In this document: one piece after another, positions 49,590 through 57,289 of the stretch
How positions within the stretch are numbered: the first letter of the stretch is position 1
Layout of the letters: the number at the start of each line of letters is the position of its first letter
Assembly (NCBI GenBank): GCA_963817955.1
Contig: CAWFQK010000001.1
Coordinates: 1 to 64,000 of the forward strand
Origin: an uncultured Gemmatimonadaceae bacterium
Lineage (GTDB): Bacteria; Gemmatimonadota; Gemmatimonadetes; Gemmatimonadales; Gemmatimonadaceae
Direction of reading: 5' to 3'
Length of the DNA: 64,000 bases
Notes under the pieces: model-generated
The model's database searches: none
What the model saw: only the letters and a program-made list of their open reading frames with translations
What the model was told of the DNA's origin: nothing
Translations under genes and position numbers: made by a program

Positions 49590-50042
49590 ATGACCGTTGA
49601 GCGCATTGAAGGCGAGGCGATCCAAGCGCTGCTCCCCCACCGCTATCCGTTCCTTCTCGTTGACCGCATCGATGTCATCGAGCGCGGCCGGCATGTCGTC
49701 GGATCGAAACAACTCTCGGCTGGGGAGTGGTGGTGCGCGGGAGCAGCGCAGACTTCCATCTTTCCATTCGGTTTGGTCGTCGAGGCGCTCGCGCAGACGA
49801 GCGGCGCAATCGTCCGGGATCTAACCGATGGCGAGGGCGGCGCCATTGCTTACTTCATGGGCGCGAACCGCGTTCGGCTACGCCGACCTGCGCATCCGGG
49901 CGAGGAACTCACGATGACCGTTGTCCTTCGTCAGTGGCGTCGCGGACTCTGTCGCGCATATGGTGAGGCAACCGTTCATGGCCACCTCGTGGCGGCCGCG
50001 ACACTGACAACGATGGTGCGCGTGTTGTCCGACGAAGGCTGA
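49590..50042 (+). CDS. FabZ-like hotdog-fold protein
   Basis: LLPHRYPFLLVDRI and EALAQ; lacks FxGHFP. Confidence 0.85.
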   Translation: MTVERIEGEAIQALLPHRYPFLLVDRIDVIERGRHVVGSKQLSAGEWWCAGAAQTSIFPFGLVVEALAQTSGAIVRDLTDGEGGAIAYFMGANRVRLRRPAHPGEELTMTVVLRQWRRGLCRAYGEATVHGHLVAAATLTTMVRVLSDEG

Positions 50043-50063
50043 ACTTGTCGAGCGATTTATGGA

Positions 50064-50120
50064 AGCTCGCTACGCTCGCATTCAATTGAGCTCGCTTGCG
50101 AGTTAGCTCGGGCGTCAGGC
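50064..50120 (+). repeat. attC-like right half (family B, copy 1)
   Basis: AGCTCGCTACGCTCGCATT...TAGCTCGGGC-GTCAGGC; similar to 52714-52770. Confidence 0.6.
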
Positions 50121-50155
50121 ACCTACCAATACTTCAATCGCGATTGGAGATCCTG

Positions 50156-51071
50156 TTGCGTCGAGGTCGTACGGCCTTGCTCGTCCTGCTCTGGACTGCC
50201 GTACAGTTGGGCTGTCGGGCGGGCCACCTAAACAACAGCAGCGGTCTGCCGGCTGGCGAGGCGCCATCCTACCGCATCGACAGCGGGTCGGTGCGCGTCA
50301 ATGGCACGCGTCTCTTCTACGAGGCAGCCGGGAGCGGATCGGTCGTCGTCCTCCTTCACGGCGGGAACCTCGACCGCCGCATGTGGGACCCGCAGTTCCT
50401 GCCGCTCGCGCGCGAGCACCGGGTCATCCGCTACGACCTGCGCGGCTACGGGAAGTCGGGACCGGCGGACGCGCCCTTCCAGCCACGAAGACCTGCGCGC
50501 CCTGCTCGAAGCCCTCGGCGTCGTGCGCGCGTCCCTCGTCGGCCTCTCGGGTGGTGGGCGCATCGCCATCGACTTCGCGCTGGCCCACCCGGAGATGGTG
50601 AATCGCCTGGTGCTGGCCGCGCCCGGGCTCAGCGGCTGGCAGTACTCCACGAGTGACACGGCGTATTTCCCGGAGGCACGGCGCGCGCGCGACCGCGGCG
50701 ACGCGGCGGGCCTAGGTCTCGCATGGCTCGGGAGCGCCTATCTGCTGCCCGCGATGGAGCACCCCGAGCTGGTGTGGCGGCTCCGGGAAATGGCGGCCGA
50801 CAACGGCGGGAACTGGATGGGCCTATTGAAGCACGGCGACCTCGAGCGCGTCGCCGACCCGTCTGCGCTCCATCAGACGGCCATGCTTCGGGCGCCGACC
50901 CTGCTCGTGGTCGGCACCCGGGACGTGCCAGACATTCAGGCCATCGCCGACACCCTGACGGCCCACGTCCCCGGTTTGCGGCGCGAGACCTTCGTCGGAG
51001 TCGGGCACCTCGTGAACATGGAGCAGCCCGAGCGCTTCACGACGCTGGTCCTTGACTTCCTGCGCCGGTAG
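50156..51071 (+). pseudogene. Alpha/beta hydrolase split by a +1 frameshift near 50480
   Basis: The first frame has [15 protein letters not shown]; the +1 frame continues [25 protein letters not shown]. Confidence 0.8.
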
Positions 51072-51267
51072 CTGCCTCCCAGGAGGCGTCATCTGTCACG
51101 TCCGTTAGAAAAGACTCGTTGAGGGGCACGATCAATAACACGGCCCCTCGCTGTTACATCTCCCGCCACCATTCCCACGTCGAGCGTCTGGAGCACGCGG
51201 GCCGGCATGGTCCGCACGCGCCTTGATTTGACTCGTTCGCAGCTGAACTCGGGCGCGAGCTAGCCGC

Positions 51268-51306
51268 ATAGTAACGCTTGACGTTATGGTCGCGACGCGT
51301 TACTAT
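51268..51306 (+). promoter_or_regulatory. higBA promoter with a palindromic operator
   Basis: TTGACG-N17-TACTAT; inverted repeat ATAGTAACGC/GCGTTACTAT. Confidence 0.8.
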
Positions 51307-51311
51307 TCGTT

Positions 51312-51593
51312 GTGATCAAGAGCTTCGCCGCCCACGACACCGAACGCCTCTTTGGACGGGAGCCCGTCCGGCGCTATCCGGCCGAGCTTCAGCGCACCAT
51401 GCTCCGCAAACTCATTGTCGTGGACGCGGCGGAGCAGCTCGAGGATCTCCGGAGCCCGCCGGGGAATCGCCTGGAAAAGCTCCACGGCGACCGGGCCGGC
51501 CAGCACAGCATTCGCATCAATGACCAATGGCGGATCTGCTTCCGCTGGAAGGATGGCAATGCGTACGACGTCGAGGTCGTTGATTACCACTGA
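51312..51593 (+). CDS. higB: HigB toxin (RelE/ParE superfamily)
   Basis: PPGNRLEKLHGDRAGQHSIRINDQWRICF...VDYH. Confidence 0.95.
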   Translation: MIKSFAAHDTERLFGREPVRRYPAELQRTMLRKLIVVDAAEQLEDLRSPPGNRLEKLHGDRAGQHSIRINDQWRICFRWKDGNAYDVEVVDYH

Positions 51594-51600
51594 GGCCCAC

Positions 51601-51906
51601 ATGGCGCACCGCAAACTGACTCCCATCCATCCCGGCGAGGTACTGGCTGCCGACTTCCTCGAGCCGCTGGGCTTGTCGCAGTATCGCTTGGCCAAGGATA
51701 TCAGCGTGCCCGCGCGACGTGTCAACGAGATCGTGCATGGCACGCGGGCGATCAGCGCCGACACCGCGCTGCGGCTCGCGCGGTATTTTGGCACGAGCGA
51801 TCGCTTCTGGCTGAACCTCCAAGCCCGATATGATCTTGAAGTCGAACGCGATCACCTGGGTGCCCGCCTCGAAAAGGAAGTTCGAGTGTTCGACCGAGCT
51901 GGCTAG
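51601..51906 (+). CDS. higA: HigA antitoxin (HTH)
   Basis: PIHPGEVL, ISADTALRLARYFGTS..FWLNLQ..YDL. Confidence 0.95.
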   Translation: MAHRKLTPIHPGEVLAADFLEPLGLSQYRLAKDISVPARRVNEIVHGTRAISADTALRLARYFGTSDRFWLNLQARYDLEVERDHLGARLEKEVRVFDRAG

Positions 51907-51909
51907 CGA

Positions 51910-51929
51910 GCTAACGAGGATGTAGGAAA
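51910..51929 (+). repeat. GCTAACGAGGATGTAGGAAA element end (family A)
   Basis: Identical to 52481-52500; shares 15 nt with 49344-49358. Confidence 0.85.
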
Positions 51930-52059
51930 GGCCGTTCGGAGGTGATGGCGCGCGGCCGCGGAGATGCCGTCGGACGTCGGAACCTTCGGCGGCTACGGTT
52001 CGGTGTGGGAGGGTTCTAATCCGCGCCGGGCGGGCATTAAGTTGAAGTCGGAGGGTCGA

Positions 52060-52257
52060 ATGAAATACAAAGTTGCGGTGCGCCACGACGAGGAAGGCTA
52101 CAGTGTCTCCGTCCCAGGCTTGCCCGGTTGCTGGTCGCAAGGCGCCACCGAAGCGGAAGCCGTGGACAACATCGCCGATGCGATTCGGGAATACCTGGCC
52201 GCGCGCGACGAGATGATCGGCGGCAGTGACGTGCGCGAGATCGAGGTTGCCGTCTAG
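52060..52257 (+). CDS. hicB: HicB family antitoxin (short form)
   Basis: EGYSVSVPGLPGCWSQGATEAEAVDNIADAI. Confidence 0.92.
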   Translation: MKYKVAVRHDEEGYSVSVPGLPGCWSQGATEAEAVDNIADAIREYLAARDEMIGGSDVREIEVAV

Positions 52258-52260
52258 CGC

Positions 52261-52473
52261 GTGGGAAAGATTCCCGGCGTCAATCATCTCCACGCCATCC
52301 GTGCGCTCGAGAAAGCGGGCTTCCGCATCGTTCGGGAAGGCAAGCATACCGTGATGTCGGACGGTGAGCGTATCCTCACTATCCCTCGGCACAACCCCGT
52401 CAATGCCTTCACGATGGGCGGTATCGTACGCGATGCCGGGTTGACCGCCGACGAGTTTCGCAAGCTCCTCTGA
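52261..52473 (+). CDS. hicA: HicA family toxin
   Basis: ALEKAGFRIVREGKH..M...LTIPRH...IVRDAGLT. Confidence 0.92.
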   Translation: MGKIPGVNHLHAIRALEKAGFRIVREGKHTVMSDGERILTIPRHNPVNAFTMGGIVRDAGLTADEFRKLL

Positions 52474-52480
52474 GCGGCCG

Positions 52481-52500
52481 GCTAACGAGGATGTAGGAAA
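52481..52500 (+). repeat. GCTAACGAGGATGTAGGAAA element end (family A)
   Basis: Identical to 51910-51929; 7 nt after the hicA stop. Confidence 0.85.
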
Positions 52501-52568
52501 ACCCCAATTGGCCGGCGAGCCGACCGCGCCGCGTCGTCGATGCCCGGCGGCGGCGGAACTGGTCACGC

Positions 52569-52692
52569 GTGTGGCGGCGCCCGGAGGGCAAGACGCTGGA
52601 GTTCAAGCGCGATCTCTCCTCCCCTGACGACGCCTTGAAGACCCTAGTCGCCTCCGCGAATACGGCCGGCGGCACGTTGCTCGTGGGAGGGG
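52569..52692 (+). pseudogene. N-terminal fragment of an AlbA_2/Schlafen-domain protein
   Basis: EGKTLEFKRDLSSP..LKTLVASANTAGGTLLVG; similarity then ends shortly before an attC-like repeat. Confidence 0.75.
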
Positions 52693-52713
52693 TGCATGCG
52701 AGCCAACTTCCGG

Positions 52714-52770
52714 AGCTCGCTGCGCTCGCATTTTGTTGGATGTGCTCGCAGGCTAGCTCGGGCATTTGGC
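52714..52770 (+). repeat. attC-like right half (family B, copy 2)
   Basis: AGCTCGCTGCGCTCGCATT...TAGCTCGGGC-ATTTGGC. Confidence 0.6.
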
Positions 52771-52862
52771 GGACAACAGCCACGCACGACAGGTCCGACC
52801 AGCCGAGGGCGCCGAGCCCCGCGCCGTGGCCTCGGGTTCGACCCGGCATTATACCTCCAAGC

Positions 52863-53081
52863 ATGACAAAGCTGATGGAACAAGCGCTGCGCGCCGTCGC
52901 CGAGCTGCCCGAGGCTGAGCAGGACGCGCTTGCCGTTTCGATTCTAGCCGAAGTGAAGGGCGAGGAGGCGTGGGATCGCCAGTTTCAGGACTCCGCGCGG
53001 CAGCTCGAGCACCTAGCCGACGAGGCGCTCAGCGAACACGGCGAAGGTCGCTCCACGCCGCTCGACCCTGACGCGCTGTAA
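52863..53081 (+). CDS. Putative antitoxin-like protein (orphan)
   Basis: MTKLMEQALRAVAELPEAEQDALA...WDRQF...LADEAL.EH.EGRSTPLDPD resembles small proteins encoded upstream of RelE/ParE-like toxins. Confidence 0.7.
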   Translation: MTKLMEQALRAVAELPEAEQDALAVSILAEVKGEEAWDRQFQDSARQLEHLADEALSEHGEGRSTPLDPDAL

Positions 53082-53419
53082 CGCCCGATCGGTCCGCTCA
53101 TCTCGCACTCGCGGACGACCACGCGGTTTCGTGAGCGGACTACGACCGTTTGCTGGCGACCTTGCGCTAGGTTCGGAATCACGAGCCGCTCGCGGGCAAA
53201 CGGAACCGCTCGCCGGCAAGCACGAATCCCTCGCGGTCAAAGACGAATCCTCGCAAGCGACACGGGACCTCGCGGCCGTGTCGGAGGTTTCACGGCTCGT
53301 CTAGCTCGGATGCCGGCGTGCTCACGATCAAGGGCTCGCCGTGCCGGAGGGATCCAGCCGTTCAGGCAGCAGACCCTCCCCGTAAAGCGCCGTAAAGGCA
53401 GAACGACTCACCTACACGC

Positions 53420-53881
53420 CCCCCAGCCTCCCAAATCCCCCCCGCAGCCCGCCGAAAAACACCCGTGGTCTTGCGGATTGCAAACGTAACCCGCCGGAAC
53501 GCCCCCGTAGACCAGCTGATCGCGCCCGTAGGTCGCCGGAACACAAAAGTATCGCTAAAATCTGCTCCGATATGACGCAAATCGACACAAGGATGCGCCC
53601 GGAACGTCCCCGTGGTGCGCCTGTTCGTGCCCGTAGGTCGCCTGTGCGTGCCCGTGGTGCGCCTGTTCGTGCCCGTAGGTCGCCTGATCGACTCCGTCAT
53701 GTTGCAAATTGCGAAAAGTATGGGCCGAATCGAGGTGAGGGAGCAACTGTTCGCCCCCGTGGGGCGACTGAACGGGGTGCACGGGCACCTGTTCGACCCT
53801 ATCGAGTACCGAGGCGAGGCGAGCTTGCCGCGGAACAAGGTGCAGGCCCGCCTGATCAGCCCTATTGGGCAGCTGGCAGTC
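53420..53881. repeat. Degenerate 21-bp tandem repeat tract
   Basis: Core units CCCGTGGTGCGCCTGTTCGTG / CCCGTAGGTCGCCTGTGCGTG at 53609-53692; register is kept at 53441, 53462, 53504, 53525, 53756 and 53861. Confidence 0.8.
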
Positions 53882-53914
53882 GTTCCAGACCGACTATCCT
53901 CGAACTAAGCGCGA

Positions 53915-56650
53915 CTAACCGCGCCGCCCCCCGCCCTTGCGCCCCTTACCGCCCGGCGCACTGAACCGACCGCCCGACTTTTTTCGCCGACCGGGGAACT
54001 CGGAGCCTGTGGCCTGGCGATGGTCTTTCAACTCTCCGCCCGCTTGGCGGGTGTGTCGCCCGCGCTTGCGATCGAGACGGTCGCGACGGTGATCATCCTG
54101 CGTCCGTTCGAGTTCGGAGATCTCCTGCGCCGTGAAGGGCCGGTCGAGTTCGGCCTGTAGTTCATCGAGTGTCGCCGCCCGCGCCGCGCCGCGGGCGCCG
54201 CGGGTCACGATGAACCGGAGCGGCCGATCGAGTTGCGGAAGCTCCTCGGGCGCCAGCGTGCGAGCCAGTTTCTCGGGAAGGCGCAGCCGCACCACGCCAA
54301 TGTTCCCGTCCGGGGTCTCTTCGACCTCGTAATGGATCTCGACGTCGCGATCGCGAATGGACGTCGACGTCGGCAGCGAGGCATAGCGGTCGCGCACTTC
54401 GCGCGGCACGATCTCGTCTACATCCACATGGACCGCCGTCTGACGGAACTCCGTCATCGAGCCTACAGCCGCGAGCTGTTGCTCGTAGAGTGCGGTCAGG
54501 TCGGCAAGGTTCAGCCTGGGCGTCTGTCCGCCCGACCGGCGATACGTCTCGCGCACTGCCTCGATCGCATCCTGATTCCGCTTCGCGCCCGGGTGTCGCG
54601 CGTCGCCCCGGGCCAGCGCTTCGGCGAGTACGTGGCGCGCGCGATCGGCAAGCTCCGGCGGAAATTCATCGATCGGTTCGATCTCGCGCTCGAGCTCGAA
54701 TCCGTGATACTGCACGCGGCGCCTGAGCACGAGCGGCGAGCGGCGACTCTCCGGATTGTAGACCAGCTCTCCTTCCATCACTACCGCGTGCTGGCGGAGC
54801 AGCTCGAACGGGATCTGCGTTCCCTCGATCGACGCGCGCGGGTTGCCGAACTTGTCGGCGAAGTAGCGTAGCTCGCCGGTAATCGGCCCCCAACTTCCAC
54901 AAACGCTCGTCTTCGATACGCGTGCGTCGTCGCCCGAGAGGGTCTGCTCGTCGATGACGAGTGTGAACGGCAGGTACGCGGCGAGCAGTTCCTGGAATGT
55001 GCGCAGCACGTCGTCGCCGCCGTTTGCCATGCGCGCGGGCAATGGCACTCCGATCGACCGATAGATGCTCGCCATGCCCAGCGCCGCGTCCTCGATCGAT
55101 TTCACGAGCGCGCCGCGGCGGTCCGCCCACCGCTGGATCTTCTCTTCGTCGAACAGATGCCGCGGCAGGCCGTACACTGTTCCCATGCGACCGGCGTGCC
55201 GGTAGGCCTCCGCATACAGATTGTACGCGGTGAGGTGGTCGCTGCCGGGCACGATCAAACCAGTGAGATCGCGCTCTTCGCGCGTCATGCGGTGCAACGA
55301 CTCCACGGAGCTCATCACGGCCAGGAAGGGCAGCAGCTCGTCACTGCCGTGCACCAGCAATTCGGCCCACGCGCGTTCCACCGGCATGGCTTCCACCGCC
55401 TTGCCATAACCCGTGAGCCGTCCGTGCTCCACGATGCCGCGCTCTTCCAGCAGCGCCAGCGCCTGCCGGTACGCCAGCTTGTCGAGTGGCACCGGGAGAT
55501 CCAGCTCGTCGGCGCGCACGCCCAGCGCCGCACAGGTGATGGCGACGCGCTCCGAGTCGCCCGCGAGCTGGAACTCCGGCTCGGTGGGCTGGAGGTGCTC
55601 GAACTGGATGTCGCGATCGGACAGGATGAAGACGCGTCCGCCTTCCACTCGGCCGTGCACGCGCCCCGCCATCTGCAGGATCTCGTTGGCGCCGAGGTGC
55701 TCCTGTGAGAGCACATTGCGCCCGCGGTCGATGGCGTTGAAGAACTTCTTGTCGTCGATGATCACCGTGTCCAGGCCGTGCACGTTGAGTGCGCTCTGGC
55801 CGGCCGCGGTCATGGCGAGGAAGTACGGTTTCTGCTCGCCGCCGTCGAGAAATGGGCGCAGGATGCGAATCGGCTCACCGCCATGATAGAACGCGGTGTT
55901 GATTCGCGGCGCCAGGTGCCGCACGTGCTCGGCGGCATCCTCGACACCGCGGCGCGTGGGGACGAACAACGCCACGCCGCGCTTCTGTTTCACGAGCTGG
56001 CGCAGAAACGCTTCATCGAGGAACGCCGGCGCCTGCTTGCGAATGACGCGCACCTGCGCCGCCTTCTTCGGGTCGAACTCGTAGACCTCGAGGACGTCCG
56101 CCGAGTTTAGATATTTGGCATAGAACGCCGGATTCACGGTTGCCGAGAGCCAGATGTAGCGGCAGCCGACCCGCTTGCCGAGGGCGAGGCACAGCTCGAG
56201 CTCCGCCGACGTCTGGTGGATCTCGTCGACGACGATGGTGTCGGTGGTGAGGATGTCGCCTTCCTCGAACCAGCGGCGCGCAATGCCCGTCGTGACGATG
56301 ATGACATTCCACGTGGGCGTCTCCGGCGTCGCCTCGCGCTCCCGATTCACGACGCCCACCTTGAGCTCCGTCGTGCCGAGGATCTCCTCGGCGATTGGCC
56401 GAATGGCGAGGGTCTTTCCCGTGCCAGTGCCGGCGACGATGCCGAAGCCTCGGCCGGAGCGCGCGAGCGCTCGCACGCGCGGGCCGTGGTGCTGTTCGAG
56501 ATAGGTATTGATGTGGAGTCCCACCGCGAGCTCAATGGTCTCGCAGGCCGCGCGCGTGGGCGCGATCACGATCACGCGGCCGGTGGCCGGCTCGCTCTGA
56601 ACGAAGGAATCGTGATCGGGGAGGTATGGATCGCGGACGTTTCGAATCAC
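53915..56650 (-). CDS. DEAH-box (HrpB-like) SF2 helicase
   Basis: GTGTGKT, DEIH, SAT, QMAGRVHGR; basic C-terminal tail. Confidence 0.88.
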   Translation of the reverse strand: MIRNVRDPYLPDHDSFVQSEPATGRVIVIAPTRAACETIELAVGLHINTYLEQHHGPRVRALARSGRGFGIVAGTGTGKTLAIRPIAEEILGTTELKVGVVNREREATPETPTWNVIIVTTGIARRWFEEGDILTTDTIVVDEIHQTSAELELCLALGKRVGCRYIWLSATVNPAFYAKYLNSADVLEVYEFDPKKAAQVRVIRKQAPAFLDEAFLRQLVKQKRGVALFVPTRRGVEDAAEHVRHLAPRINTAFYHGGEPIRILRPFLDGGEQKPYFLAMTAAGQSALNVHGLDTVIIDDKKFFNAIDRGRNVLSQEHLGANEILQMAGRVHGRVEGGRVFILSDRDIQFEHLQPTEPEFQLAGDSERVAITCAALGVRADELDLPVPLDKLAYRQALALLEERGIVEHGRLTGYGKAVEAMPVERAWAELLVHGSDELLPFLAVMSSVESLHRMTREERDLTGLIVPGSDHLTAYNLYAEAYRHAGRMGTVYGLPRHLFDEEKIQRWADRRGALVKSIEDAALGMASIYRSIGVPLPARMANGGDDVLRTFQELLAAYLPFTLVIDEQTLSGDDARVSKTSVCGSWGPITGELRYFADKFGNPRASIEGTQIPFELLRQHAVVMEGELVYNPESRRSPLVLRRRVQYHGFELEREIEPIDEFPPELADRARHVLAEALARGDARHPGAKRNQDAIEAVRETYRRSGGQTPRLNLADLTALYEQQLAAVGSMTEFRQTAVHVDVDEIVPREVRDRYASLPTSTSIRDRDVEIHYEVEETPDGNIGVVRLRLPEKLARTLAPEELPQLDRPLRFIVTRGARGAARAATLDELQAELDRPFTAQEISELERTQDDHRRDRLDRKRGRHTRQAGGELKDHRQATGSEFPGRRKKSGGRFSAPGGKGRKGGGRRG

Positions 56651-56679
56651 GCGATCACTGGAGACTTTGACAGTGCGCT

Positions 56680-57048
56680 CTACTCCGGAGGTCGTTTCGG
56701 AAAGAATGTCTGCGGCGGCCGCTTCACATCGGTGAATCCCTTGATGTTCGGGGGCAGCTTGGTCTTGTCGTCGCCCTTCGCCTTGGTCGAGTCGGAATAA
56801 TCATCCCCGAAGATCACGCGCGCATTTGCCGGACGGTTCTTCACTGCCGTCGGGCAGTCTGTTGCAGCGGGCTGCTGCGCCGCGGGCACATCATCGATCC
56901 AGATCCGGCACATGCCCTTTGGCGGCCGGGAGTCGGCCGGGATGGCCGGTTTTCGGGCGCTCTCCTTGAACGTCCGCTGCTGCGCCATGGCGGGCGCTGC
57001 AGTCGCGACGATCAGGCCAAATGTGAGTACCGTGCTGAACCGCGTCAT
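56680..57048 (-). CDS. Small exported hypothetical protein
   Basis: Signal peptide (APAMA-Q); IPADSRPPKGMCRIW...QPAATDC; GGAGG RBS. Confidence 0.75.
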   Translation of the reverse strand: MTRFSTVLTFGLIVATAAPAMAQQRTFKESARKPAIPADSRPPKGMCRIWIDDVPAAQQPAATDCPTAVKNRPANARVIFGDDYSDSTKAKGDDKTKLPPNIKGFTDVKRPPQTFFPKRPPE

Positions 57049-57094
57049 CTCCCCTCCATCTACTTCCCGAACACTGGGTGCGCTGACCAGTAAG

Positions 57095-57159
57095 GCAGAG
57101 CCAATGCCAATCCCCGACGCAGATCGCGCGGTTGGAAGACTAACGATTTCAAGCACTTA
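57095..57159 (-). promoter_or_regulatory. Candidate sigma54 promoter with an IHF-like site
   Basis: Minus strand TGGCATTGGCTCTGC (GG-N10-GC) at 57109-57095; TTTCAAGCACTTA at 57147-57159 is one mismatch from WATCAANNNNTTR. Confidence 0.45.
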
Positions 57160-57228
57160 GGGGAAACAGTGTATACATATATCGTAGACGGCTGTCTCTG
57201 TCGAGGGAAAAGGGTGTCCGTTCAGAGG

Positions 57229-57287
57229 GACACGAGACACGGGACACGGGACACGGGACACGGGACAACGGGACAACGGGACAACGG
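57229..57287. repeat. GACACGG x5 plus GACAACGG x3 tandem array
   Basis: Read directly (the first heptamer is GACACGA); begins 2 nt after the pfkA stop. Confidence 0.92.
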
Positions 57288-57289
57288 CA

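Larger units (their letters stand above)
48750..53320 (+). mobile_element. Integrase-less, partly decayed array of integron-cassette-like units (CALIN-like)
   Basis: Co-oriented short cargo genes separated by attC-like repeats; GTTAGAT/ATCTAAC core pair; TA modules; no integrase in the window. Confidence 0.65.

Noticed and set aside
52569..53081. 170-aa ORF as a real AlbA_2-antitoxin fusion
   Set aside because: The middle part translates a non-coding repeat; the antitoxin has its own ATG at 52863
53609..53692. Possible CRISPR array
   Set aside because: Contiguous 21-bp tandem units without unique spacers; no cas genes
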